A DNA stretch of 64,000 nt from Antedon mediterranea (GCF_964355755.1 NC_092670.1:37312388-37376387), one strand, 5' to 3'. Positions 25,141-39,400 are shown, numbered from the stretch's first letter. Notes: generated by a model not told the origin, from the letters alone. A program made the numbers and translations.

Positions 25141-25931
25141 CAGAAATTGTTTGTATTGGAAATTTAAAGTCAACTAGAATTAAACGGTTCATTTCTTGTT
25201 ACTTGTACTACCTCGTTTTAGAACCCGTGAGATTTCTGACTCGCACACAGTCACCTGACATCAGTTACTTCTGTTTCTGTAAGATTAAAGCAAAACCACA
25301 TGTATGTAGGCCTATGTATTTACACCGCGTGTCTCTTTTAATTTGATTTGGAAAGAGGAAAGACGAAGTTCAAATCGAAAATGCTCCGATATGAAACGTC
25401 AACTCAACAGAATTACAATGTTTACATAATACGGATTAAGGAAACCTCTCCGAGGAAATCGGCAATTTATATAGGAATTATAACATAATCGTGTTGTTGG
25501 GAATGTTTGGTGATAAAACCATGGAAATTTGTCGACCACTAAATTACTGAGCCAGATCTCCAAATTTAGTAGATGACTGATAAAATTGAAAGTATGCATT
25601 GGTTGTTTTGGCTTATTCTTTATTATAATCACTTTTAATTAGAATGATAGATACCCAAAAAGGTAGACCACACAGGCCTAGTCTCCGGACAGTCCACAAC
25701 CGTTGATCTGATCGGCAGTGGACCTTATTGAAAGGAAAACATATGGTATTAGGGTTTGGTCTACGATTTTTATGCTTTCTAAACATGTTACAGTATACAT
25801 TTTGTATAGTACTGTGCGTGAGCTAAGAATTCTGCGTTGTAACTCGTGTCATAATATACTCGTCTATACAGTTCAGTGGGACCAGAAAGAGCGAAATTTT
25901 TCTCTTCTCTGGTGGTGGAACTTAAACTATG

Positions 25932-26072
25932 CAGTAACGTAACGGCCGTGGGCGCTCACTGGCTAAACCCAGGGACCCCGGAGCTTATGGGGGGGGGGGG
26001 GCTGAGCAGCAGTGCCCGGAGGAAAATATGTCGTTGGAGGGCCTAAACCAGGGCCTCTGCGTTACGCCACTG
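25932..26072. mobile_element. hAT-type MITE
   Basis: TIRs CAGTAACGTAAC / GTTACGCCACTG; exact 8-bp target duplication AAACTATG (25924-25931, 26073-26080). Confidence 0.88.
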
Positions 26073-26537
26073 AAACTATGGCACATAGGGAGCTTTCGTT
26101 TTGCGACAACATTTCCACTCCATCGCTCTAGCCCTATTCCCCGACACAGTTGGTGGATTCTGGTCCCTAGGCTAGAGGTCGTGGCAACGTTTCTATTCAA
26201 ACATCATTATCCTACACAGTTTGTTCTACTGTTATGTATAGTGATTGATAGATGACGGGTTTCTGTATCGTTTTAACGCGTCATCTTAAAAGCTTCGAAA
26301 CGCACTTGAGCCAGGTTGAATTACCAGATATTATAACTGATCATTTTACAACGCTCCATCGATCAATTACTTCAGACGATTGATTGAATTCCTACTAATA
26401 GTCTTCATAATTAAACAAATTATTCACCTGGCATCGATTCTAATAAATTATAAACAAAATGGCTGCTAGCAAATTCTTATGTCGATCCAGGGTTAGTGAC
26501 CTGTTGGCGCAGCGGCGCATTAAAAGTCCGCGTTTCA

Positions 26538-26595
26538 AGTTAGCGTTTACCGACCAACCGACCGACATAGTGAGCTGTAGAGTCGCGACTAAAAA
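26538..26595 (-). mobile_element. HINE-like element, 5' part
   Basis: Reverse complement of the 5' half of 39603..39726. Confidence 0.6.
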
Positions 26596-27768
26596 CTTAC
26601 TAAATACTTCTTTCTTATAGTTTTAAGAATTATTCTATATTTACAATTAAAAACATTGTACCGTATGTTTTACACATCGTTATTGCCTGTAGTCTGGTCA
26701 ATAGGGCGAATCTATCTATCAGGCTTTAACGCAATGCAACACGGGTATGCAATTATTACAGTGTATAACATTATCCTACAATTTATGATTCTGTCACCAA
26801 GTTGTGTTTTGACCGTATAATGGTATGTTAAATCAAAATATTTCGTTATTTAATCCTGACTAGGCGACACATAACTCGGATCACTGCAATGATGTAGCTG
26901 CCAAAATACCTCGCACACTACTCGCGTCGCGCGTGATTTACATCATACACTGCCACTGTGCAAATTGGGACTGAACCGTTTTAGAGGTGTTTACCACCTG
27001 TTGGTCCAGATCCTTCACTAACTGAGTTAGTGAGAAGTCGAATAAATAAATAAAAATAAATAAATAAATAAATAACATGAAAGAAAAGAAAATCAAAACT
27101 TTTCGTAAACTTTTTCCATTAAAAGCACGTAAATTACACACCATATTTGAAACTCTAGCGTCGATGCGATTATCATATGTCCAGTGTTCTCAGAATCCGG
27201 GGTCTTCTTACTGGATATGTCAAGTGAATGGATAACCTCTGATCGTAGCTCATGGCACGGGTTTAAAAAAGGATACGAAACAGGTAAATTTCGAAGGCTC
27301 GCTTTTACGTAAGCACAAAACGCACTGGCAAATTCTTGTTTACTAATACTCATTAAACTAAAACGCACGAAACATTTGTTGCTTCAATTTTGCTAAAAGG
27401 AATAGAAAAATATTCTAACATAGGAAAAAAAATCAAACCGATTAGGAAGTTAATGAATCGATTAGTTCTACGGAATGGAATTATTAGCAGGCATATAGAG
27501 TTTCACATAGTTAAGTCGTTCAAGCGATCCTGATTGTCAATCAGTATAATTCTAAGACACTTTGCGAGGAGTGTTCTAATTGATATAGAGAGATAACATA
27601 ACGTGAGAGGTACATTGCGGATTGCTATGATATTGATTGCAATGTTGTTTACCTTAGGTGTTAGAACATAAAGAAGGGCACTGAAGTAAAGTTTACTATT
27701 CATCAGTGACACCACACAGATTATATATACTCTTTTGCGTTAAAATGTTGATGATAAAGCATAAAGCA

Positions 27769-28190
27769 GCTTTTGTACGTGCGCGTTCAAACGTTGACAA
27801 TAATATAGTAGCCACTTTTGTACGCGCGCGTTGACAATAGTTGCACATAATAACACAATAATGCATTTTTATTTAGTCGAAAGAAGATCATATCTAAAAA
27901 TAAAAAATAATAACGACTTTTGAACGTTACGATACTGTTGGTTCAACGTATTTTGTTTTATGTTGTTTATCATTAATTCTCGGCCATGTTATTGTGTGAC
28001 GCAATAACAAAATATATAAATAGAAATACATACAAATATTATTTACGTCCCAATAACATGTTCCTGCAGATGGCTGATGGTTCATTCCATGCCAGATTTT
28101 TTTTTATTAACACACCACGAAGTTGACGCGCGCGTACAAAAGCCTTATATTGTTATCAACTTTTGAATGCTCGTGTCAAAGTGTGGTTTC
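27769..28190. repeat. Decayed inverted-repeat (foldback-like) element
   Basis: CTTTTGTACGCGCGCGTT units at the left mirror ACGCGCGCGTACAAAAG at the right. Confidence 0.55.
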
Positions 28191-29090
28191 TTCGTTTTAA
28201 TACTAACACAGATGAACTATTATAACATAGTATTTTAGAACAAGGACCATGGTATTACCGACTCGGTATTAATGCCTGAAATTAAGGTCACTTTTTCTAA
28301 CGACTTTAGACTCATTGTCCATTAATTGAAACGTAATAATGAGACTTTATGTGTTAACAACAAGGGTATTCGGTAGCAACTATAGCATTTAGCGGATTAC
28401 ATAGTTTTGAGTTTGACACTGACCCACGTGCGTTGTCAAATCCGACTGTTTCCTAATGGTTTTAGGCAGATAAATGAGTCGTAAACAAAAGTGGTGCGTT
28501 GAGTTAAAACTACTTTGTATTATAAAGACGCATCGAATACGTTAAAAAGCCGCGAAGAAATTCGATTTTAAAGATTTTGATTCCGTATTTTGTTTTTATT
28601 ATACGTGTTTTTTTTTATGTGCGCGTTTTAACACGCGGTCTTAACACGCGATCAACAAAGTAGGGTAGTGTGTATCAGGGTATCAGTATATAGGCTGTAT
28701 TATCGTTAATAGGTAGCCTTTCGTATTACGTAAAAGTCAAAGTACATTTTATGTACAGTTGCCTAATTAGTATCTTCGTCCTCGTGGTTGTAATTCATGT
28801 TATCATCATCGTCATCAACGCTTTATCGTCATCGTTTTGTTTCGGTTTTGTCATCTAAATTAACATTTTATTTTAAAATATTCTCAAAATCATCTCTAAT
28901 AAACTAACATAACAAGACATTCAATCACATAACATGCGATTTAATTACTCGCCGGAAAGCTAACAATATTAGACGTGAAATCCAATTAAATAACTTCTAA
29001 TGTAATTCAATGTCACACAAATCTATTATTACGACATCTTCATTTTGTCCTTTTTTATGTATATATAGATACCGATACTATTTTATTTTT

Positions 29091-29173
29091 ATTTTATTTA
29101 ATCGAAACCAACAACGATAATTACCGCCACTAACAGGTTTGATACAAACAAATCTAGGACTGTTTAAAGCACA
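29091..29173 (-). repeat. Interspersed repeat 3' end (retroposon-like)
   Basis: About 80 nt closely matching 38571..38652; A-rich end on the - strand. Confidence 0.65.
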
Positions 29174-30954
29174 TTGACTGGTCGTTACATAAAAGTATCG
29201 ATAATTTCAATAATTATGGTGATGGTACGTACATATTTGACGCGTTTAGCGCACCATACAAAGTCGTACCACACCAATTTTCACTTGCAAATTTACTCGA
29301 AATTTTAAGTTTTTTTCCCGGCCGGTTGTTCATATTTCGTGTCGATGCGTCAAAATTGTTTTATCAATTACATGACACGAAGAGACGCAATTAATATTTA
29401 ACAGTATCTGTACGCGCGCGTATAAATATTGCGCTCCTATGGAAACATTAACTCAATAAAACGACATTATTTTATTCCCACTTTAGGCAAATTGCAAAGG
29501 ATAATCACAAGTGAATTCATTCACTATCCTTCTCACTAAAGATGGCAATCCTGTTTTACATCAATTTACATGATATGATAGAGAAAAAATCTATAGTTGA
29601 TCGTTTGCTGTTAATTTCTATTAAATCGTACATCATGTTTGTCCGTGTACAAAAATGATACATCGGACCACAGAAATTGATTGTTTGGGCTCTGGCAACA
29701 CAACTTACACTAACACGTTTAACATTTTAAATACGTTCAGTTTATAGAGTTGACAATATGCCGACCGTTGATAGATGTAGTTTGCGATTTTTTTTAACTT
29801 ACTTGAGTTAACGAATATTATTTTTTTGTATTTTTTTGTTTTTAATAAATCTTTTTCTTTTGTACCTATTCTTTTATTTCTATATTTAGACGTGATAATT
29901 ATCTTGTTCTTTAGTAGACCTAATTAATTGTTGTGGGTACCGATACCACCACCAGTGTCGCTTCAAAAGTAGTTATCGGGCAGCATGGGCTAAATAGGCG
30001 CTAAATTTTAATGAGGAATATATAATACTTTAGGCCTATAAGAAATTATTTCGGTACTTTTTTATACTTTTTGTTATAACATTTAGCGTTTGGGAGCCAT
30101 AGCAGCATTAATTACGATAACCATGCAGAAATAAATTATAAATATACCATTTTTATGATAAATATTGTTATATATTATGTCAGTCACCTTTCTGTTAAAT
30201 ACAGCAAAATATATCACCAGAGATTATAAAATAAAATGGACATTAAACCCCTAAGCATGTTGTATACATTCTGATAAGCTGTATACCCATTCTACAGCAT
30301 TGAATTCCTATGTGCTTTCGCGCCAAGGACGGGCATAAGTAAGTTGGCGGCGATCGTCAGTGAACATCGGCAAACTGGAATTATCATGGGATTGCACTTA
30401 AATGTGTCCATGTTGCAATAGTAATTATTCACATACATCTCGAATGATAGTTTCTCCCCGGAGGAAATCATCTTCACCGTGAGCTCTAACCTAGTTTTCA
30501 AGGGTTTAGGTGTCGTATACTGCTGTTGATGACTAAAATGGCGTTCGCCCCCCGCCCGGAAACGTATACAAGTTTCTAATTAAAAATTAAGCAACATAAT
30601 CTCAACATTGCAATTTTAGATCTATACTAGCTAATGTGAAAAGTATATAGTGTTTTCATTTACTGACGATCCGAGGAAAGCATCGTAAATAGGGCGGGAT
30701 GACTTGGTGACGTGTGCAAGGAAGTATCAACGTCATCCAGTGCAGTATGTGCAGGTGGACGTCGACCTAGGATTAATGAGTATATATATTTTGCATAATA
30801 AGATGTTCTTTCTTGCTGTCATTTTTAATACACATTAGTATCATCATTAACAGCTAATATTCATGCTAACGTAAGTATCATTGTTTATTAAAATATCTTT
30901 ATTAATTAATATCATCATTAAATATCTTTGGAACGAACTCGTTACATTGTATAA

Positions 30955-31138
30955 AGCCTTGTCTGCACTATCAAACTCTTATGTGACAAAAATAATGTCA
31001 TGTGCCCAAATATGTTATTGATATGCTTAAATATGGTAGTGATATGCTTAAGTATGGTAGTGATATGACATCATCATGTCCATATAGGGCTATGGGAACA
31101 TCACATGTAACATAAACTTTGATAGTGTAGACAGAGCT
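30955..31138. mobile_element. Harbinger-type MITE family A
   Basis: TIRs; internal ATATGGTAGTGATATG unit amplified to three copies. Confidence 0.85.
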
Positions 31139-31189
31139 TTAAACAATTTCATTTTGCGCAATTCCGATTCTGTCATTTTTAATCAAAGA

Positions 31190-31555
31190 GCCAATGATGG
31201 GATTCATTCACAACTCTCGGTTTTCAAGTTCCGTTATTCTGATTGGCTAATCGCTAGTGAACGAGTGCACGTCCAACCAATCACGTTCGATATTAAGTAA
31301 GTTGAGTGTTTTAACGTGACTGCATGGGTCTCACTTGATCCGAACAAAAATGTAATGTCATCACTTTTACTCTTAAAGCTAATCTGTTGGATTTGCACTA
31401 AGAATGTTGTGTTAGGACGAATGCTGATTTCATCCTGAAATATAATTCCTCGATCTTTAAAATCATAGCTTTTCATCAAAGAAATCGGTTTTTTTTCTTC
31501 TAAAAATACCGTTTTGTTTACCGAGGAGGTACGAACTGGTACGCATTGCTTAAAG
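31190..31555 (+). promoter_or_regulatory. Candidate GRL101 promoter and non-coding first exon
   Basis: Three CCAAT boxes (about 31191, 31242 reverse, 31277) followed by a strong donor AAG/GTAAGC at 31555/31556; candidate acceptor TTATTCAG at 33058. Confidence 0.35.
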
Positions 31556-32129
31556 GTAAGCTATTTATGTAATAATATAACAATAATAATAATATAAATG
31601 TATTGGTATATTCTTTGTTGTTATGACTATAGTATCGTCATTATCATAACCATCATAATAATATTATCATCATTGTTCGTCAATTATATCTTTTTACCAT
31701 TCATCCCCATCATAATCAATTGATAACATAACAAACATCGAACAAACATAATCTGTCATCAATATTATATCATTTACTAATATCAACCCTATCATAATCA
31801 ATTGATAAAATCTAAAACATGTCATATATATCATTTTATCGTGGTCATCCTTACAATGATAACATCACAAACATCAACATTGTTATGTTGCCATCATTCT
31901 ACATAAATATTATATAATGTTACCATTATCCCCATCAGTAATCACAATGTTATAATCATTACCTTATCAATAATATATCATTTTAACATTATCATCTTCA
32001 TCATAATCAGTTGATAACATCGACTTTATGATTTTACCATTATAATTTCCTTATTATCACCATCGCCCTTCCATTTTCCCTGTACCACATTGGTTGTCAG
32101 TATTTTAACCATCATCGCCACCACAGCCA

Positions 32130-32870
32130 CCATCAAATCAGCATTTGTCACCACAATTCACCACAAACATCATACATTGTCACCATAACCACCATATATT
32201 GTTACCACAACTATGATCAACAACAATTGTCACCATAACCCTAATCAACATTGTCACCACAACCATCATCAATTGTCACCAAAACCATCATCAATTGTCA
32301 CCAAAACCATCATTAATTGTCACCAGAACCATCATCAATTGTCACTAAAACCATTAAATCATCATTTGTCGCCATAACCCCAATCATCAATTGTCACCAC
32401 AACCATTCTGAGTATCATCAATTGTCACCACAACCATCACCAATTGTCATTACAACTATGATTATCAACCACAATTAACACTATAACCCTGTCAATTGTC
32501 ACCACAACCATTATCATCACTTGTTACCACAACCGTTATATCAACAATTGTCACCACAACCATTATATCAACAATTGTCACCGAAACCATTATATCATCA
32601 ATTGTCACCACAACCATTATATCATCAATTGTCACCACAACCATTATATCATCAATTGTCACCGAAACCATTATATCATCAATTGTCACCGAAACCATTA
32701 TATCAACAATTGTCACCACAACCATTATATCATCAATTGTCACCTCAACCATTATATCATCAAATGTCACCAAAATCATTATATCAACAATTGTCACCAC
32801 AATCATTACGGTATATCATCAATAATTGTCACCACAACCGTTACGGTATATCATCAAGTGACATTATCAC
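32130..32870. repeat. 27-bp minisatellite (ATTGTCACCACAACCATTATATCATCA) grading into low-complexity CAT-rich DNA
   Basis: About 12 regular units at 32495-32830, with shorter degenerate units upstream. Confidence 0.9.
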
Positions 32871-33407
32871 AAATGTCATAATTTGATTAAGGATTATTTA
32901 GACAGTTCAATCCAACTATTTTGTTATAAGGAATCGGTCGTAACGCTCACAAAAGCAGTATTTTTATCTTTCTAATCTCAGTAACATACGGTAAATTATA
33001 AAAATGCATTTAAATTGTTGAATGAATGTTATGATAATGAATATGTATCTTTATTCAGCAGACGATTGACTCAGTTTCTCATTAATTTTTTTTTAATTTC
33101 CAAGTATCGGAACATTTTACGAAAAGTACCACCAATTTGCACACTGTTGAAGCCGCCGACGAAGCACTCAACCTATACTTACATAATACCTTTACACTAT
33201 GCGAAAACATTACTGTTTATAATCACCGAGCGTTAATAGTCTCTAATGATATAATATTGGAAAACATTCTGTTTCTCTTCATCGGCAAGTGTTTAATAGT
33301 CTCTCATATTATTATTAGAACTTATTTTTACTACTCTTACTTCATGAACATCCATTGATTTACGTGAAAGGTTTAATTGACTCGGTTCGTCGTTGGACAC
33401 CTTTAAC

Positions 33408-36400
33408 ATGGAACATCGCTGGCTCCTTTTCCGCTTGCAACTCGGTAAGTTATAACCACTCGCTAAGTTAATTTAATGCGTTGCTATTTTGATCATGTTG
33501 ATTACGAACTTTCTAATGTTATATGTATATTATTATGTTTCTCACTGCAGGGAACAGGTTGGCATGATCAATGTTCAACCCAATAGCTGCTATAATGTAT
33601 TCTAGATTCTGTTTTCCATACTTTGTAGTTTTTGGAAATTCATTTATAGTTGATTATTTATAGCATTTTCTTTCCATTTTCCATACCAAGATTCTTTTTA
33701 TTACAGCTTTATTGTCCCCCTGATTTATTTTTTTGGGAATATGTCATTTTAATGTCACAAAATTTAGGTTATTTATTTTGATCAAAAATTGGATCGGGGA
33801 AAACAAATTTACCTAACTAATTTAAAGCAAACAATAGTCAAATTGGCTGCCGGCCAGCAGTGAAAACATTATTTTTTCGAAGTATTTTTTTCTACGGAAG
33901 TGATTAGGCCTAACTTTGTTAAAACTACAAAATGGCATTTGATTTTATTAATTTTCATTTTTCATGTGTTTGGGGAACAATACATCTATAACATTAATGT
34001 GTATTATTCATTTTATTTGTTATTTTGGCAGAAAATTTAATCCGTATCATCCAATCACTACTTGGAATAGTGAAAATAAGCCTATACTGTATAGGCTATA
34101 TTGCATAATAGTTATATAAAATAGGTATATTTAACTCTTATGCGGAATGTCGAAAATATACTGTAGCCATGGAATAGTATAAATACTGTATGGTATATAT
34201 AATATACTGATTAGGCCTACAAAATGGGGATAATTATTCGTTAAATGTATCCATCCATTCGATGTTATAAATGTTATACAACCTCATGCTATTTATCGAT
34301 GTAGAGAGATATGGATTCAATGCTGCAGGCCCCTTTCCATAATCTGCCGCTGAGAAAGCTTCGTTGGATTACAATCGGCTAATATACCTATAAACCAATT
34401 CGAAGCAATAGATGATTTATGTCCAGACGATTTAGAATCATTGAAATATATTATAATGTAACTTTAGCTAAAATCTATTGAATAAATCGACATTCTCAAT
34501 TTAAGGCTGACAATAAAAATATTAAAACAGGCACTACTTTCATATTTTAGGCCTAAGTGAAATTAATGGTTAAGTACTATATGAACTTTCTCGGAATGAA
34601 TCGGCAAACAAACAAAGTCAGAAGATCAACAATCAGTTTGTTTATTCTTCACAAAACCATCAAGACAACTTTTAATTATTAATATAGATAATCACAGTGT
34701 GTATGTAGAGGTTTGTTGGCCATTTATCGTCGGTTTGACCACAAAGAAATTCGGAGAAATCAATTTACGCGGGTTTTTGTTTTTGTTCAATTTGTGTTAT
34801 AAAGATAACAGTCACCTGTGTGAGAGCATTGCATTACTTTTATATACATCACTTAAATGAAGATTGATAATTTGGTTTAAAGATCTGTCTACACTATCAC
34901 TATCACTTTATGTGACAATAATGTGATGTGCCCATATATGGCCATGATGATGTCATATCAATACCATATTTAAGCATATCACTACCATATTTGGGCACAT
35001 CAACATTTTTTTTTCTAGTTTGATTGATTTGATTTTATTGATAACGTTCTTACAACTTTTTTATTCCTACCCCTCCACTTTTTGAACGCTTGCCTTTTTT
35101 GACTTTTGACTTTTTTGCCTTTTTTGACTTGCCATAATATATTGGTATATAGGTTTGTGTAGAGTGGCGGATATAGAAGCGGAACCCACTTGCACGTTTA
35201 ATCATCATGTTTTACATTCGCGCTCCCGTCTAGCTGATGATTAATGTCTGTGATGGTCTTTGGTCCTAGACACTACTGAAGTTTGTAATGAAATTTAAGT
35301 ATAGATGAACAACATTAATTAATTAGAGCCACTTATAACACAGTCTACACTTCCTTATTGCGGGGTAACAGCAATAGCTATATATTCATATTCAAGTGTT
35401 CCGGAGTGTTCCGTGTATTTAGTTATGCAGAATTACATTAAGACTATTTGCACGGCGACGGATACGTTAGAAACGAAGATATGATGTCACTTAAGTCGCT
35501 GTCGATCATCGTATGGTAATATGTAATGCGTCGCGGTGTGTTTAAAGAGATATGGGAATATGAAATAACATTATAACCTAACCATTTCTCTATTTGGTGA
35601 TACATACCTAGTACGTGATGTTAATTCAATTTGCGCATGCGCGAACATTGGTACGTATCCTTTTTCGGTCGATTCCTCGACACAATTTTGGTGGATTAGG
35701 TCCAATCATAACACAATATGCGTAAGGTCCTTTTAAGTAGTCGAAAATCAAAAGCTACGCCACACGCTTTATCAAAAATAAATAAACTTTTTTTTTCTTC
35801 AAAATAGTGATACAATTTTTTCCCGCGTTTCCAGCTAATCTTCCAATATTTCATTGCGTTAAAAACAGATAAAAACAATTCTCGATCAAGTCAATTAAAA
35901 TTGAGTAATTATTTAAATATTGATCGATGGAGAAATATGTCCGTTTTAATCACGTGAACATACTGTTGGATTAATGAAGCAGTTATAACGATGATGACAA
36001 GCATATTGTGCGTCCGGTTATCAAGTGTTGCGATATCTACAGCTGATAAAACTGCGTGTTTTTTAATTGGATATTTAAACGATTAAAGATGTATTGTACT
36101 AAAAATATAATTTTTTTGTTGAATATGCCATTTTAATGTCACATAATAGTTTACCTAAAAAAATGTAATTTTAAGCAAACAACGGCCAAGTTGGTTTTTG
36201 GTTGAATTTAAACATTTATTTTGTCATTTTATAAGCGAAAACATTACTTTTTTCCGTTTTTCTTTCTACGAAAGTTATTAACTTTATTAAAACTACAAAA
36301 TAATCTATTCTATTCTATTTTTTATGTTTTGGGGGACAATACATCTTTAACGCAACTCATGAAAGAGAAACATTTTAATTCCCACTATGATATGTTTATA

Positions 36401-39400
36401 TTTGATTATTATATACTCTGCCATACAATTCGTACTCACAGTGCAGATTATATACTCTGCCATACAATTCGTACTCACAGTGCAGATTATATACTCTGCC
36501 ATACAATTCGTACTCACAGTGCAGATTATATACTCTGCCATACAATTCGTACGCACAGTGCAGATTATATACTCTGCCATACAATTCGTACTCACAGTGC
36601 AGTTGACTGAAACACATCTCAGATTGGAATCTCAAAACCCACTCAAAACCTTACTTAGGACACAACACAATTGCGCGCACGCAGTGCAAGTGACGTCATA
36701 AAAAAATATCACGAAGATTTGTACATTATAAAATAAACATGTTGACATTACAAAACAAAATGACGTCTATAATCAGTAAAGCTCTGTCTACACTAATCAA
36801 ACTAGTTTGACAAAAAAAACGTGATGACGTGCCCATGATGGTAGTAATATGCCCAAATATTGCATATTGTTGTCACATAAAGTTTTAGTTTTGTAGTGTA
36901 TACTCATCCGTGACACTGAAAATATGTACAAAAAGTCATCAGATTTTAAACGCGCGCGTAAAATTGTTTTCCTCTGAGGTGTCAGTGACTTTTGTTTATC
37001 ATTTTTTTCAAATGATTTTTTTTTTAACTTTATGACTAGTTTTTACCCGGATTAAAGGATTTAATAGAAACGTAATTGACCTAAATTAATGCAATATTAT
37101 CAGTTGGTAAAATAAACTGATTTCCCCTTTATGAGTTTAGGATTTAAAATGTCGGAAATAAATACACTGTAATTTATATGATAGTTTAAGGGTGGGAATC
37201 AATCTAAAGTTAAAAGTACACAGTGTAAATCGGCAATGATCACAAAATAATTAATATCACAAAATACTTAATAAAACAATAACTGGTCTAGGCATATAGC
37301 TACCGGAGCTTTGATTTAAAGATGTATTGTCCCACTGAAAAAAAAATTAATTTTTTTTTACATTTTTTGTTGAATATGCAATTTTAATGTTACATAGGCC
37401 TAATAGTTATTCCATATTACTAAAAATTTAAAGCAAAAAAATAGTCAAATTGGCTGCCAACAATAATTCAAGACACAATTTGTTTGATAGCCATTGGTTA
37501 AAACATGTTCCTGTCACTGATTGTAAAATGTGTGTCTCGTTGTGAACATTGGACGTTGTTGTTAGAAAAATTGTTGTTTGTCCCTTTAGTGCAAAAATTA
37601 TTCATTCATTCATTTCATTTATATATTCGACATCAAAAATTTCCTTGTACCCCAAAAGCAACAGAGTCACCATAACATGATATATCTTGGAGCCCCAGAC
37701 GAATTTAACTACATGGAATTATTTATCAATATACATTTAAAAATTTAAAAACATAAAAAACCGGTAAAATAAAATAATAGCACACATGATTCGTATGAAC
37801 GACGAGAGAGATATATAAAATGACGTTTGGGTATTTCGCAGCAATGTATATAATTACGATCGCGTTTGTACAGGTCTATTGATTATTCTGCCTTTTTGTA
37901 AAAGAGGTAATTACATTGTAAACGAAAGCAGTATAGTATCATGTTTAATTGTCCGTAACCGTCTATATAGTTTATCATTAAACTATAAACTATTAGGAAA
38001 TAAGGCAGAGACCCGTATTACTCGTCATAAACTGGTTTATGAACACACTCGTTATTTTTATTAGCATTATTGCGCCAGCTACTGATTTAAAACGTTAAAT
38101 TGATAATTTAATGTTTATAAGAGGAAAGCGGATTTGATTCAGTTGTAACTCATGTTTCGTAGAAAATCATGATTGTTGCCGTTTATCCAATAACACTCGC
38201 ATTGTTTTATATAAGCAACATAATAATTTTAATTAGTTTGAAGTATCATTAATGTCAATTCACATCCCACTATAGAAGAAGAAAAGAAAGTCATAATTGT
38301 AGCCGTTTATCCAATAAAACTCGCATTGTTTTATATAAGCAACATAATGATTTTAATTAGTTGGAAGATATAGGTATCATTGTCTCATCCTCCGCTTGAT
38401 AATGTACTTTTTAGTAGATGTATTGCATTTAATCAAAGTACTGGAATGCGACATAATGTACCCACTGTATAAGAAGTTTAAACACCAAAGAGATAAAGTA
38501 CACAATTTCACTCCTCCGTGGTTGTAATAAATACGACATTTGTTACAGGCCGTCGCAAGATTAAAGTAATTTTTTATTCAATCGAAACCAACAGCGACAA
38601 TTACCGCTACTAACAGGTTTGATACAAACAAAGCCAGGACTGTTTAAAGCACCTTGATTGATCCTAATATTGATCAAGGGCTTCTCTCGTCCAGTGCCCA
38701 CCTGATTTCGGACCACTTGCCTTTGTCAGGCCGCCTGTAAATTACGATAGTCACTGCCTTAAGCCCTGTTTACAGTGTCAAACTTTGACAAAAATAGCGT
38801 GATGTATCAAAACATGGTAGTGATATGCCCAAATATGGTAGTGATATGACATCATCATGTCCATATATGGTTTGATAAAGTTTGATAGTGCTAGCTTTAT
38901 ATAGTTGGTTTAGAGCGAGTTGCATTATGGGAGATTTATTCACGCGTACAACACGATAATTTGTCGGACGCACGCACGACGAGAGTAGTCAGAAGTTTTA
39001 GCCTTTTCCCGCTTTTTTCATACCATCTGTTATTTGGATCGAACCAGAAAGGTTAATGGAACGTCCTATAAAATGAGCAAATGCGTTAAAGGTGTGATTT
39101 TTCCATTCGTTTAATTTGTAGATATAACCTTGATATTTAAAAATATTAATTTGTAGAAACCAAGCCAGCAATTGCCAAACTAAGCGCCGATATTCCTAGG
39201 CGGTGTAATGCATAATTTAATTAGTTCCAACGTCGTTGGTCAGAGCTAATAGGCCCAACATCACATTACGGCACCATTGGAAAGTATGTCATGGGCGATT
39301 TATGGTTATGCAATCTTTATGTTTTGTTTTCCTATAGTTCAAGTGGTGTGCCATGCAATGTGTATACAACATACAACTCTGTACACTTGTGAATAATTTA

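Noticed and set aside
22119-30501. Hidden protein-coding gene in the IQCC-GRL101 interval (ORFs 22119..22589, 27093..27368, 30292..30501)
   Set aside because: No recognisable motifs or consistent exon chain; small or non-coding exons cannot be excluded by eye.
32492-32886. Mucin-like Thr/Ile-rich and QLSPQPLY ORFs
   Set aside because: Open in several frames on both strands because a 27-bp unit lacks stops; no splice support.
36221-36701. Four overlapping repeat ORFs
   Set aside because: Artefact of the 39-bp VNTR and an adjacent MITE.
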